Shown one piece after another: positions 23,851-37,651 of a DNA stretch of 64,000 nt. Origin of the DNA: Mobula hypostoma (Eukaryota); NCBI RefSeq assembly GCF_963921235.1, contig NC_086100.1, positions 177,010,001 to 177,074,000 on the forward strand. Reading direction: 5' to 3'. How positions within the stretch are numbered: position 1 is the first letter of the stretch; the number at the start of each line of letters is the position of its first letter. The translations under genes were made by a program, and so were the position numbers. The notes under the pieces are model-generated. The model saw only the letters and a list, made by a program, of their open reading frames with translations, searched no databases and was not told the DNA's origin.

Positions 23851-25388
23851 AGTAATCCTTGTGGTCAGATGCCCTTTCAATTACCTCAGTGTTTTGATAA
23901 GTTACAGTCAGTCATTTTTTAATATACTTTGTTGATCATGTTTGGCCCTCGTACAGGATGCTGTCTAAGTTGCACGCCACCTTGGTCAATGTCTCCCATC
24001 CACTACATAATGTACTGGGTGGGCACAGGAGTACATTCAGCCAGAGACTCATTCCACCGAGATGCAGCACAGAGCATCATAGGAAGTCATTCCTGCCTGT
24101 GGCCATCAAACTTTACAACTCCTCCCAGACACCCTGAGCCGATAGTCTGGTCTTGGACTTATTTCATAATTTACCGGCATAATTTACGTATTATTATTTA
24201 ACTATTTATGGTTCCATTACTATTTATTATTTATGGTGCAACTGTACAAAAACCAATTTTCCCTGGGATCAATAAAGTATGACTATGACTATGACTAAAA
24301 AAATGCCATTTTTCCTCAAACTTGGCTTACCACGCAATTTCATTTTAGGGCAACAGTTTATAATCAATACTCCAGCAACTACTTTGCTGATTTAAGATGC
24401 TGCTCAGCAAATAGTAGTTTTCCCTTACAAGGTTGAAGGTCAATTGAACCACATCAGTTGGAACTTTATAATTATGAGCAGATGTTACAGAATCAGAATC
24501 AGAATCGGGTTTAATATCACTGCAATACGTCGTGAAGTTTGTTGTCTTTGCTGCAGCAATACAATGTAACACATAATAATAGAGAGAAAAAAACTGTGAA
24601 TTACAGTAAGTATATATAAAATAGTTAAATTAAATAAGTAGTGCAAAAGTAAAAATAAACGTAGTGAGGTAGTGTTCATGGGTTCAATGTCCATTCAGAA
24701 ATCAGATGACAGAGGGGAAGAAGCTGTTCCTGAATTGTTGAGTGTGCGCCTTCAGACTCCTGTACCTCCTTCCTGATGGTAGCAATGAGCCAGGGCATTT
24801 CCTTGTTTTCATCACTAAAAGTAACCACATCAGCAAGCAAACGTCATAGTTTCTCGCGGCGTAGCAGGAGATAAGTTGGGGGTGGAAAGAAGGGGACAAG
24901 CAAGAGCAATTAAATGGATTTGTGTGGTTGGTCATGCTTCACTTTGACGAGAGCTTCCAGTTTCTTTTGAGTGGATCAATTTGATGAAATAAAAGAAAAG
25001 CTTCATTTTTCTGCTTAGCACAGCCGTATTTACTTTAGCTAGCTGAAAAGTAAGGCTTGCCATACAGCCCCTCAGAAGACCTGGCACTGTAGCGTAGTGG
25101 GTAGCACCACATTTTACAGTGGGTTCAATTCCTGCCGCTGTCTGTAAGGAGTTTGTACGTTCTTCCCGTGACCGTGTGGGTTTCCTCTAGATGCTCTGAT
25201 TTCCTCCCTCATTCCAGAGACGTATGGGTTAGTTGGTTAATTGGTCACCTGGGTGCATTTGGGTGGCATGGGTTTGTTGGGTCGGAATGTTGTACCTCTG
25301 AATAACTAAAATAAAAAAGACTCCTTGAAAGATGAGGCCTGATTGACTTGTTTTTGCAGAATACCAGGTAGCAGGTCCCATAACTTAC

Positions 25389-25534
25389 CTCACTGTGGTG
25401 CCTTCTCTTTCTAAGTAGTTTAGAGGATTGTTGGAGCATGCGTCCTGTTATCTCATTGTCAGAGTGCTCTACTGCTTTAGTCTTACTCTGTTCTTCATCT
25501 GACCTCGGGCCCTGATCAATATTTACTTCATCAC
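25389..25534 (-). CDS. REEP1: REEP1 penultimate coding exon ((G)DEVNIDQGPRSDEEQSKTKAVEHSDNEITGRMLQQSSKLLRKRRHHSE)
   Basis: aaaag|GT acceptor in phase 1, matching the upstream exon; 146 nt open; strong GAG|gtaagt donor in phase 0; acidic-then-basic composition typical of REEP1/2 tails. Confidence 0.8.
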
Positions 25535-25699
25535 CTTTTAATGTCCAGTTAACCGGCTAAGGGATGAAGAAGAGTGATACAAAAGATAAAACAAAGGATC
25601 TGTTTGCTTGCTTTAAGGGAGTGCTACTAGCAACCAAACCAAAGCACTCTCAGTCGCATTACACTGGAAACACAGAAGGTGCAAGCTCTCTACACACAA

Positions 25700-26540
25700 C
25701 ACCCTTCTGGACCACACTTCTGCTCTGGTCACCTCATTGTAGGAAGAATGTGGGCAGAGGGTGCAGAAGATTCTGCCTGGATGTTCTATGAGCTTAGCTT
25801 GAGCGAGCTAGGGCTTTTCTCCTTGGAGTGAAGGAGGATGAGAGGTGACTTGATAGAAGTGTACAAAATGATAAGGCATAGATCACATGGACAGCCAGAG
25901 ACATTTTCCCGGGGCAGAAATGCCTATTATACGGGGGCATAACTTTAAGTGTACGGTGGAGGGGGGTGGTGTCAAAGGTAGGACTTTAACACAGAGTGTG
26001 GTAGGTGCATGGAATGCATTGCCAGGGATGGTGATAGAGGGAGATACATCAAAGACATTTAAGATACTTTTAGATAAGCACATGGATAAAAGAAAAACGG
26101 AGATAGGTGTAAGGTGATCCTTCCCTCCACTAGCCTGCAGGCCATCCTTGGGCAAGGTGCAGCACTTGCTCAGCTCCCCCAGTCAGGGTCATGTGAAGCC
26201 ATGGGAGCAGGCAGTGGATGGTCGCGTGAGCAGTTGGTGCATATCACAAGTCCCGGTTTTGCAACCACAGACAATCTCTGAAGAGTATGGATAATGGCTG
26301 GGGTCACCCGTCTTGTAAAGACACTTCCCAGAAGAAAGCAATGGCAAACCACTTCTGTAGAAAAATTTGCCAAGAACATCATGGTCATGAGAGCATGATC
26401 ACCTACATCATATGACATGGCATATAATGATGACGATGATAATTTTGTGGGAGGGAAGAATTAGATTGATCCTTAAGTAGGTGAGAGGTAGGCACAGCTT
26501 GGTGGGTCAAAGGGCCAGTACGATACTGTACTGTTCTATG
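25700..26540 (+). mobile_element. CR1 3' end interrupted by an RTE-like short element (about 26118-26440)
   Basis: CR1 motifs (DSQRHFPG, VVGAWNALP); the insert matches the reverse complement of 40430-40760. Confidence 0.75.
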
Positions 26541-29500
26541 TTCCACATTCAAGGGAAGCTAGTGAAGTTAAACATTCTAGAAGTGATTCTGTGGAAATTC
26601 CTATTAGTAAATCATGACAAAAGAGTGAGCAGAAAGATGCTGGTGTAGAGCTTGAACATAGCCATGCAGTTATGCTGATCCGTTGTCTGGGTGCTTTAAA
26701 TCCCAGGCAAAGCTTAAAAGTTATGCTGACAAAACTGAGATGGTGAATGAAACCTGGCACCCAGATAGGTTAACATTACTTTACAAAACAAAATTGTTTT
26801 CTGTTGTGGGTACCAAGCACATGATACATTGAAGACTACTTCTGAAATAGAACATAGAACATAGAAAACCTACAACACAACACAGGCCCTTCGGCCTACA
26901 ATTCTGTGACAAACATGTCCTTACCTTAGAAATTACCTAGGGTTACCCATAGCCATCTATTTTTTTAAGCTCTATGTACCTATCTATCTTGCAATCTTGT
27001 CTGAAATAAAGACAAAGTCTGGACATAATGCGTTCTTTACTGTCTTGTGTTTAGTGCATATGATCAATGTTGAATTTTCTTGTCATAGCATTCCACTGAA
27101 TATTATGCAGCAACTCAACATAATCTCCTTTGCCTTTAAACCAATTAACTAAACAGCAGTCTGCTTTTAGGATAAGAGGTGGGATATTTAGACCTGAATG
27201 TGAGGAAGATGCAAAGACATGAGGACACAAACCATCAGACTCAAGGACAGCTTTTATCCCACTGATATCAGACTCTCAAACGGACCTCTCATACACTAGA
27301 GGACGAAATCTTGATCTCTCAATCTATCTTGTCATGGTCCTTGCATTTTATCTGTCTGCCTACACTGCACTTCCTCTGCAAATGCAGCACCCTATTCTGC
27401 AGTCTGTTTTCCTTTTCACTTCCTCAGTGTACTTATCTGTCTGGATGGCACAAAAAAGCAAAAGGTTTTCACTGTACCTTGGCACCTGACAATAATAAAC
27501 CAATCAGATGTTTGTGAATCTGTGGAATTCTCTGTCTCAGAGGGCCCCAAATGCTCAGTCATTGAATATATTTAAGGCTATAAGATTCGTGGATTTCTTT
27601 GCCTTGATGTGGAAGGCCGATTGTGAAAGGCCGATACGAAAGGTGAAGACCTGTGTTGGGGCCACATGCTTTCACTCAAGTTTTTGTGAATGCTCCTGAG
27701 ATATGGATCCTTTACAGTGCCATTCTTTTCCAGCTTGTGTGAACATTTTTTAAAAAAATTATTCATGCTTTAAGAAGGATGAGAGGCAAATTGGAGAAGA
27801 TGTCCAATCACACACAAAAAAAACAATTTACCCAATAAAATAATTCAAGCATTGGGAATGGTAGCTTTGTCTAATCATTCAAATAATCAGGCCCTGGGTT
27901 GACTGCAGTTGTAAACACACAACTCTTCTCAGAGTGAAAATGCCAGCTTGCTGCACAAGTAGGGAGGATTTAAAGCCAATCTGACTGCATAAGCATCAAA
28001 GATAACAGTGTGCACAGCTGATCCCAGTAAATACACTGATCACAGCAAGCCACTAGCATGTTTACTCCATTGCACAATCAAGGCAGTGTTCTTGAATGGG
28101 TTTGATAAAGTCATGATGAATTTATAGAGTAACAGAACATCATTTAATCATTGACAGATTATTCCAAAAAATTCACTGACAAATAGTTTGATTACCCATT
28201 TTGAAAGTATGTCATAAAATATAATATTGGCAGCCCAGTGCATTAAAATGAAATTGTTATGTCAGCATTTCTTAAGCACTGGACTCTCACAGTGACTGAC
28301 GCACTAATCCTGCTTGGCAACACCACACAAGCAGTAACGCTCAGCAGGTATACAACAGAGCGGACATCAGAGATTTACTTCTATGCTTCTTGAGCCAAAG
28401 GCAGTTCATGCAGACCGGAAAAACTTACACAACATTCCAGTGCGTTGATGAAGAATGAACGGACAAATTAAACAGGCAGAAAAAGAAAAAGAGAAAGCCG
28501 TTATTACATTTGCAATAATTATGCCAAACTCCAGGTGCACCTGGCTCCTTGTTACAGTTTGGTTACACATGTTGTGATTAACTTTCCAGCACAAGACCCC
28601 TCCCCAGGCACTAAATCTGCCAGCAGGAGAACATTCAATAGCTCTGTCTGGTTCTGTCCCTGGGGTGGCCATTTCAATTGTAGTGCCCATACGTCACCTA
28701 GGCTGAGGTTGGTTACCTCAGTCTAGGAGATGTCCGAGGACCTTCACCTTTTAATGGAGAAACCTGTGAGTCTCTGAGGTTCTGAGAATGATACCTGTTA
28801 GGATCACCCATGGCGGTAGAAGGTTCCAGACAAAGAGCGATCCAGCCAAGACCTCAGTGGTAGACCCATCACAAGAGCAGTGAATGCAGAGGAAGCTTGC
28901 AGCAGTAAAGGGTCCCCTGTCATCTTGGATACATGCCACTGGACCGTAGCCCCAATTTGTCAAGGACCCAATCTGTCTGTGCATCAGCCTCCCCACATTA
29001 AACAAAGTCACACACAGGCGTTCTCCATTAAGGGAATAATCGCTTGAGAGAACATCATATGCAACACGAGCACTACCTCAATGCAAATCAGAGTAGGTTA
29101 TTCTGAAAGCTTTTGGGACAAGCCAGGGCCATTTATTGTGGGAGAGAAAGCAAGATATGGATGGGTTTTCCTAAAACTCTTCTTATATTTCAAAATAAAA
29201 ACTAGAAGGCTGGGTGAAAATCACAATGGAAATTGAATATTTCTTTAAAGTTGTTTACTCAGGCCATTGAATTGAAGGGAAGCCACCTTGGAAAAGCAAA
29301 CTTTGAATGTTCAGAATTTGAAGGACATCTCTTGGTATCTATGCCTCTATGTCAGCTAAGCAGTGGGCACAGCAATCATGCAGTGAGCCCAAGGCGTCTG
29401 TTTGAATGCCAATCCCGATGGAAGCAGTAAAAAAAAACAATGCACCATGTTTGTCAGGGGAAAGAGTCATGAGTTTATTTGGTGAACATGGGAAGAATGT

Positions 29501-29684
29501 CATGTAATAACTCAAACAGCAGAGCATTTTCATTTTTAAAAATCAAAAAGTTCATTTTTAACTATCAAAGGGGACTGTTTAAAATATGGGATGGTGAAGA
29601 TGCAATGGGTGGAACATGGAAAGATTTAATATTGACACAAGCGGTGAAAGCAAGATGGAATGGCAGCAAATCTAGAACTGCACA

Positions 29685-29890
29685 CAAGGGATTCTGCAGA
29701 AGCGGGATATCTTGAGCAACACGTTCAAAATACTGGAGGAGCTCAGCAAGTCAGGCAGTATCTACAGAGAGGAATAAACAACTAACATCCCGATGAATAG
29801 GTCTCAGTCCGATGCCAGCTGTTTATTCCCCTCCATAGATGCAGCCTGACTTGCTGAGCGCCTCCTGTATTTAGTGTGTGTTGCTCTCAA
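29685..29890. mobile_element. Inverted pair of Penelope-like terminal fragments (hairpin)
   Basis: The left arm (gagcaacac...ggaataaaca) and right arm (tgtttattcc...gtgttgctc) are reverse complements. Confidence 0.7.
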
Positions 29891-31719
29891 ACAGCTGCCG
29901 GTGTATCCAAGACATTTTGTGTAAGATTTAAAGGAAACATATAACCATAAATTCACCTTTGGCTTACTCCTAGACATGGGCTCACTGTCCAAACTATGCA
30001 AACTGCACATCGGATGTTGGGATCTGGCATATTTTAAGCCTAATTCAAAGTTTATTTCATTATAAAGTTCACTGAAAAGAGATTATCCCTCAAATATTGA
30101 TTCTTTTCAATTATTTAGAGGACATCTTTCTGAGGTAAGTGGAGGAATGTTTAGGGGAATTGTCAGACGTTTTTTTTGCACAGAGAATGTCCTACTGAGA
30201 GTGATGGTAGAGGCTGACACATTAGAGACATATAAGAGTCTCATGGATGAAAGAAAAAATGTGAGTTATGGGCTATGTAGGAGGGGAGGATTAGATGGAA
30301 TATGGAGTGGCTTCAAAGGTTAGCACAACATTGTGGGCCGAAGGGCCGGTACTCTGCTGTACTGTTCTATGTTTAATGCTCTATTTGAGTATCAATTCTT
30401 CAATCAATCTACCAATTGATTAAAAAAGGAATGGTGAATCAGTTCATTGAGAAACTTCATTTGCCTTGACATTTATTAATTAACACCATTATGTGAGCAC
30501 TTATTAAAATCTATAAGCAGACACACATCAGCAATCAGTTAATTTCAGTCCTGTCAGCAAGTGGTTGTTAATTCCATCACAAGATGCTTCATTCTTGGGG
30601 GGGGGGGGGTATAAAGTGGTACATTGATTATAGTGCTGCTCCCTCACAGATCCAGATGCAATCCTGACCTCTGATGTGGGATCCACCTTCTCCCTGTGTC
30701 TGCTTGGCTTTCCTCAAGGTGCTCTGGTTTCCTCCCACCTCCCAAAGTGCTGAACTGGAAAGTCAGTGTGCGATGGGAGAATGTGTCAGTCTGATGGGAA
30801 TGTGAGAGGGAAGATGTTACAGAAAAACAAGTGGAGGGTTTGGGACTGGTGTCAATTGGCAACGGTGTACATCTGCTCAATAGACCAAATAGCTGCATTG
30901 GGAAGTAATGTATGAATATGTGTAATTCAAAGTTATGGCTGGTAAACAATGTATGAACATTTGCTATGTTACTTAAGATTGGATCATTCACCAGTTAAGG
31001 GGCAGATGCTGAAGACTCCAAGGACCATGAGTCTCTGGTGCACCCATGCTACTGATCGAGAGCTGCTGCCCCCTTCCCAGAATGCCAAGCCTGAAACTAC
31101 CATCACTCCCATTTCCTAATCCCAAAGTCTATCACCAGTTCCAGGAGCTTCTTTCATGGTGGTTCACAACTCACAGTAGTGCTGGTTGTGAAGGCCAGAC
31201 CAGGATTTACAGGAGGCTGTCATACAATGTGCCTCTCCTCAACTCCAGGCCTCAGAAGAAAGCACTGCTCAGCAACCCACCCTCCCTCGCTCCCGTCTTA
31301 TCCCAGCTTTCCAGTTACAGAGCCGGCATATTCATCAGCTGACACTCATTATCTGCAAGTCCTGTGTGTTGCCTCCCAGGGAATGACAAATACTTCCCCC
31401 GCAGTGTCACACCCTCAGAGGAGGTCTAATATGACTCTCTGAAGCATTCATTTTGCGACTGCAATTATTTAGTTTGTAACAACCATGAAGAGCAGCCCGA
31501 ATTAATTCCTCAAGCTCCCATGTCACCTTGACTGGGGAGGTAATGTTAGAATGGGTACCATTGACTGTTTCCTACCATATAATCCATCGTTAATAAAGCC
31601 AATTCAAGGGTCTCCGTTGCCTCAATTATGGAAGTCAGCGAACTCTGGCCTTACTATCACTTCCCTTTTACAAGGCTGTTCATCTCCCTCCATAGATGCT
31701 GTCTGACGTGCTGAGATCA

Positions 31720-32190
31720 TAGAGTAATAGAGCCACAGAATAGAAACAAGCCCTTTGGCCCACCTAGTCCGTACCGAAATATTATTCTGCCTAGTCCCAT
31801 TGACCTGCACCTGGACCATAGTCATCCATAACCCTGCCGTCCATGTACTTATCCAAACTTCTCTTAGAAGTTGAATTCAGACCCGCACCCACTACTTCTA
31901 CTGGTTGCTCATTCCACATTCTCACCACCCTCTGAGTGAAGAAGTTCCACCTAGACATTTCACCTCTCACCTTTAACCCACTGCTTCTAGTTGTAGTCTC
32001 ACCCAACCTCAGTGGAAATACCTTGCTTGCAGTTACCACGTCTATACCACTCATGATTTCGTATACCACTATCAAACCACCCCTCATTCTCCTGCATTCC
32101 AGGGAATAAAGTTCAAACCTATTCAATCTCACCCTATAAATTAGATCCTCAAGTCCCAGCAACATCCTTGTAAATTTTTTCTGTACTCTT
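31720..32190 (-). mobile_element. CR1 LINE 3' fragment (reverse)
   Basis: ORF 31791-32216 carries RVQKKFTRML...FFTQRVVRMWN. Confidence 0.88.
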
Positions 32191-32339
32191 GCAGCCTTCC
32201 AGAATTTTCTGTGCAATTTTCAAGGATATCTCTATCTGCACAATCTTTTGTATCTCCCTCTTACAAGGCTCTTCCCTTAATGTAGAAGCTCCTTCCCCTT
32301 CCCCAGCTGCTGTGCAGAGCAGTGATTTGATGACAATTC

Positions 32340-32650
32340 TTCCCTTTATGGGATGTAGCCTCAAGATTCAGGGGAGTAGATTTAGGATGGAGATGCAGAG
32401 GAACTGCATTTCACAGAGCGTGGTGAATCTGTGGAATTCTCTGCCCAGTGAAGCAGTGGAGGCTACTTCAGAAAATATACTTAAGGCAAAGTTAGATAGA
32501 TTTTTACATTGCAGGGGAATTAAGGGTTCTGGGGAAAATGCAGGTAGGTGGAGATGAGTCCATGGCCAGATCAGCCATGATCTTATTGAATGGCGGAGCA
32601 GGTTCGACGGGCCAGATGGCCGACTCCTGCTCCTATTTCTTATGTTCTTT
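32340..32650 (+). mobile_element. CR1 LINE 3' end
   Basis: SQSVVNLWNSLP motif and CR1 tail. Confidence 0.85.
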
Positions 32651-33989
32651 ACATTTTATGTGTAAATTAAGCTGCACCTGGACTTTCCAAAATACTTTAT
32701 TTCTTTGCAAAACCTACAGTGAGGGGCATGGCTGTGATCTTAATCTGAGACATGGCAGCACTCTGGAAAATAATGGAAATCTTGTAAAATTAAACTGCTT
32801 AAGCTACAGAAAATGCAATTGGTCACTGCCAATACATTGAATCGACTCAGCATATTCTTTCCATAAAGAAATCGTTGGCAGCACTCAGCTGATCAGGTAG
32901 CATCAGTGGGAAATAGAATTGATCTTCTGGGTCAGAGCAAGTAAAGTGAGAAATCAAGCATGTTTGAAGTTGCAGAAATGGGGAGATGGAGAGGACAAAA
33001 GGGAATGGAGACGATTGAGACTGCAGCTCCTGGAATCTGGCGTGGTTCAGCAGGTCAGGTAGCATCTATAGAGAGAAAGGGACTGTCGACATTTCAGACC
33101 AAGAACTTTCAACTGGACTGAAAAATCAAGTGACAATAAGCAGTACAGAGTGGTGTAGGGAAGAGATGGGAAAGAGCAGGAAGGATACAGGCGGATCCAA
33201 GTGAGAGGAGGATAACAGACAGATGGGAGAGGGAGATTGGGAATAGTGCCAAAAGCTGAGAAGTGACAAGGGGTTGAAAATGTTGGAATCTGATAGGAGT
33301 AAAGGTGGAGCATGGGAAAAGGGGAGAGAGGTGGTGGGGTTGGGGAGGGTAGATGGGAGTAGCGGGGGCAACCAGTAGGAGGAGTGGGTGGGATGGGAGG
33401 TGGAACAGGTGGAGGAGAGGAAAGAGAGTGATGGCAGCTGGACAGATCAGGCAGAAAAGAAAAGAGACGGAGGAGAAGAAATTTACCAAAAGTTGGAGAA
33501 GTCAGAGTCCATGCTGCCAAGTTGTAGAGGGAATGTCTGTGACGAATGTAGACCAAAGTTACCAAGGTAATAATTACTTTAAAAAGTAATTGTTGGGACA
33601 AAATGATTCAGTGACAAATTGAAACAAAGGAACTACCACAAAAGGGGGTTCCTTGAAATCCTGAATTTGCTGAACATAATATTTTGTCCCAGGGGTTGCT
33701 GTGTCCCCGTCTTGAGGAGGACGTCCTGGAACATAGGAGGTAGAAGATGCCATTTTGGATTTCCAGCATCTTTGGTGTTTTGGCTCAAGTATAATTTTCA
33801 GCCTTGTTTGCAAAATCGTATATCACTCACATTCTCTTTTGGAACTTCCTCCTTGACAAGAATAGATATAACTTCTGTCCTTAATGTGAAGGATGTAAGA
33901 AATACAGTCAATTCAATTCAATAACTCAGACCTACACAAAACTGAAAGTTATTTGCAATCTTTGACACAGGCAATAGGAACTTCCTCAG

Positions 33990-34240
33990 AAACACAAGAG
34001 ATTCTGCAGATGCTGGAAGCCCAGAGTAACACACAAAAAATACTGGAGGAACTCAGCAGACCAGCAGCATCAATGGAGAGGAATAAGTAGTCAACTTTTT
34101 GGGATGAGACCCTTCATCAGAACTATTTCTGATAAGGACAGGTCCTAATGACGAGTCTTGGCCTGAAACGTTGATTGTTTATTCCTCTCTAAGGACGCTG
34201 CCCAACTCGCTAAGTTCCTCCCGCATTTTATATGTGTTGC
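33990..34240. mobile_element. Inverted pair of Penelope-like terminal fragments
   Basis: Two opposed copies, each ending in a degenerate hammerhead-type motif. Confidence 0.7.
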
Positions 34241-34574
34241 ACCTGAATCACGTCATTGAACATCTTGGCATGCTTGAGAAGGAAGTCAATGCAATACTCT
34301 TTTCCTCTTGGGCACAGTTACCTGATCCTCCTGATGAGGGCCAGATGCATGGTTTATTGTTAAAGAGCTCCTAGCTGTATAACACCTGGTAAAATATACT
34401 AGGATACCTTCTTCTGTTCTATGACACAGACATAATTCAGGCTCTTGGCTTTTTCTCCAAATACATCTCAATAGTGGCAATCCCAATTTAGTGTTTGGAC
34501 CATCAAGCTTTATTTTCCGTCCTTTAATCATAAAATATTTGTGATTGTGTCCTTTTTGTATCCTTTATAGCATT

Positions 34575-36105
34575 ACCATAGAACCATAAGACATAGGAGA
34601 GAATTGGACCATTCAGCCCATCGGGTCTGCTCCTCCATTCCATCATGATTGATTTATTATCCTTCCCAACCCCATTCTCCTGCTTTCTCCCATTACCTTT
34701 GATGCACTGACTAAGCAAGGACTTATCAATCCCTGCTTTAAATATACCAAATGATCTGGCCTCCCCAGCTGTCTGTGGCAATGAATTCCACATATTTGCC
34801 ACCCTCTGGCTAAAGAGATTCCTTCTCAGCTCTGTTCTAATAGGCAGTCACTCTATTCTAAGGCTGTGCCCTCTTGTCCTAGACTCCCCCACTATGAGAA
34901 ACATCCTCTCCACATTCATTCTATCTAGACCTTTCAATATTCAATAGGTTTCTCAGTACCTTGAACTTCGTCTTTTTGTGTGTTTTCCCCCTAGCCATCA
35001 GTCTGGGGTTTTGTATTGCCATGTGCTTTTGTCTGTTTTCATGCCCCATGTGCTCCTGTCCCCACTCCTGCTCTACTCCGCCTCTCACCTGTTTCTCATT
35101 ATTACCTATTTTGCTGCCACTTCTGTCTCATTGTGCTCCACCTATCATCTGCCTTTCTGTTTATTGCTCAGTGTATTTTAGTCCTGTGTTTCCACCTCTT
35201 AGGTCCCAGATTGTGCCAGTGAATTTTCTGAGCCTTTCCAGCATTCGTATCTGTACTCTATCCATCTGAATATCAACTCTGCCTGTTTCCCGATTCTGGT
35301 TTTTGGATTTCTCCGGATATTTTGATCCCTGTCTGAACTCTGACGCCAACTTTGTTTGCACCTTGGGATTTGTTACTCAATTAATATTACTGTGTGCACA
35401 GTACTGGGTCTACAATTAGATCCCTGCCCCAGCGACCTGACAAGGTTCAATGAGATCCTCCCTCATTCCTCTAAACCTCAGCAAATACAGGTACAGAGCC
35501 ACCAAACACACTTCATACATTAACCCTTTCATTCTTGGGATCATTCTCATAAACCTTCTCTGGATCCTCTCCAAAGCCAGCATATCTTTTCTTAGCTAAG
35601 GCACCCAAAACTTCTCACAATACTCACAGTGTGGTCTGACCAATGTCTAATAAAGCCTCAGCTTGCATCTTTGCTTTTGTATTTCAGTCCTCTCAAAATG
35701 AATGATAACTTTGCATTTGCCTTCCTTGCCATCAACTCAACCTGCAAGTTAACCTTTAGGGAACCCTGCATGAGGATTCCCAAGTACCTTTGCCCCTCCA
35801 ATTTTTGAATTTATTCCTTCTGCTGAAGTGCATGACCGTACAGTTCCCTACACTATATTCCATCTGGCACTTCTTTGCCAATTCCCCCAATCTGTCTAAG
35901 ATACTCTGCAGTCTCTCTGCTTCCTCAACGCTACCTGCCCCTCCATTTATCTTTGTATCATCTGCAAACTTAGCCACAAAGCCATCAAATCCGTCATCCA
36001 AATCATTGACATATAACGTGAAAGGACGCAGTCCAAGCACCAACTCCAGCGGAACACCACTCGTCACTGGCAACCAACTAGAAAAAGCTCCCTTTATTCC
36101 CACTC
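34575..36105 (-). mobile_element. CR1 LINE (RT to 3' end), interrupted by a solo LTR
   Basis: ORF 35756-36103: VTSGVP...YVNDLD...AKFADDTK; 3' end at 34575-34950. Confidence 0.88.
34951..35442. mobile_element. Solo LTR (492 bp) with 5-bp target-site duplication aggtt
   Basis: Ends tctca...tgaca (TG..CA-like, one mismatch); aggtt at 34946-34950 and 35443-35447; the host CR1 sequence resumes across it. Confidence 0.75.
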
Positions 36106-37651
36106 ATTACTTGGCAGATAAACCCCCAACAGCATCAGCCGTTCTCTGCCTGTGGAGCCATTTCCACGCATATCAGCAGGGGAAGTTTATTTAAACACTG
36201 AGGGCTCATTCGGACATGTCCTCACCAGTGGTCACTGATGACCAACCTTCATAAGGAGGAGAGGAGAAATGGTTTTCTGCAGGAAGTTCCCATGATCTAA
36301 ACCACATTATTCTGTTGGAACTTTCAAAAGGAAATTAGATAAAAAGCTTATACATGGAAAAAAAGGCAGTGATCTGCTTAGGACAGTGAGGTGGATAATT
36401 CCTACTTCCAGCAGAAGTACAATGGGTTGGTGACCTCCCCCTGTGCAGTATGATTCAAAGTCAAAGTAAATTTATTATCAACTACGCATATGTCACCATA
36501 TACGACCTTCAGATTTATTTTCTTGCAGGAATTTACAGGAAAATAAAGAAGTACAACAGAATTTATGAAAGGCTATACATGAAGACTGGCAAACAAACAA
36601 TGGGCAAAAGAAGACAAATTGTGCTAATAAAAATTAAAAATAATAAAACTGAGACCATGGGTTGTAGCATCCTTGAAAGTGAGTCTGTGGGTTGTGGAAT
36701 CAGTTCAGTGTTGAGAGTGAGTCATCCAGGCTGGTTCAGGAGCCTGATGGTTGTTGGGTAATAACTGTTCCTGAACCTGGCAGTGTGGGAATTAAGGCTC
36801 CTGTGCCTCCTGCCCGATGGTAGCAGTGAGAAGAGAGCACGTAGAGAGTGTAGGACTGGACAGTTAAGACAATGGAATAAAATATTCAAATTAGATAATT
36901 CTGTCCTGGTTAGATATCAAGCCCATGCTTTATAACCTATGAGTACCTTAAGCAATGCATTTTACTGTAGAGACTTCACAGCTGTTATTTCAGAAAGGCA
37001 TTGGAAAGACCGAAGTGTTAGCTTTACCATAGCAATTCATCCTTCAGTACAATGCCATAATAGCCAACAAGTTAGTCAGCACAGTCAATGGCTCAGACAC
37101 ACAGAATGAGCTCGGAATGAGTTCCATTGCCTAGTCCCAGCAGTTTATGACTCACCTGTTATTATATTGAATATGATGCCATTTTTAAAAACTGGAGGAA
37201 AAGGGAACAGCAATAGAAATGGTATAGCATCAAAATTAAAGCATCACCTGAATTTGCAGATAATCATTAATCAAAACCAAACACAAATAGCAGCTGGTCA
37301 TTCTGGGCATAAACTGATCATTCAATTCATTGCTGGGTGTGGGGATCTTGCTACGTGGGTGCATGAGGTGTTTCTACATAGCAACTGTGAATGCATTTTC
37401 AAAGGAGTATGTTAACGTGAAGCCATTTGGGATCATTTACAACAATACATTAACACGATATGGAAAACACAGTCGTGGGGGGCGGTTGTCATTGTAGCTT
37501 AGTGGTTAGTGTAACGGTATTACAGTTCCAGTGACCCAGGTTCCATTCCTGCACCTGTCTGTAAGGAGTCTTTATGTCCTCCCTGTGACCCTGCGCGTCT
37601 CCTTCGGGTGCACCAGTTTCCCCCCATATCCCAAAGAGGTAGGTTACTGGT

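Noticed and set aside
33047-33601. 184-aa proline-rich minus-strand ORF and G-rich tracts
   Set aside because: Low-complexity purine/pyrimidine-skewed UTR of a Penelope-like element, similar to 49870-50100 and 52900-53100.
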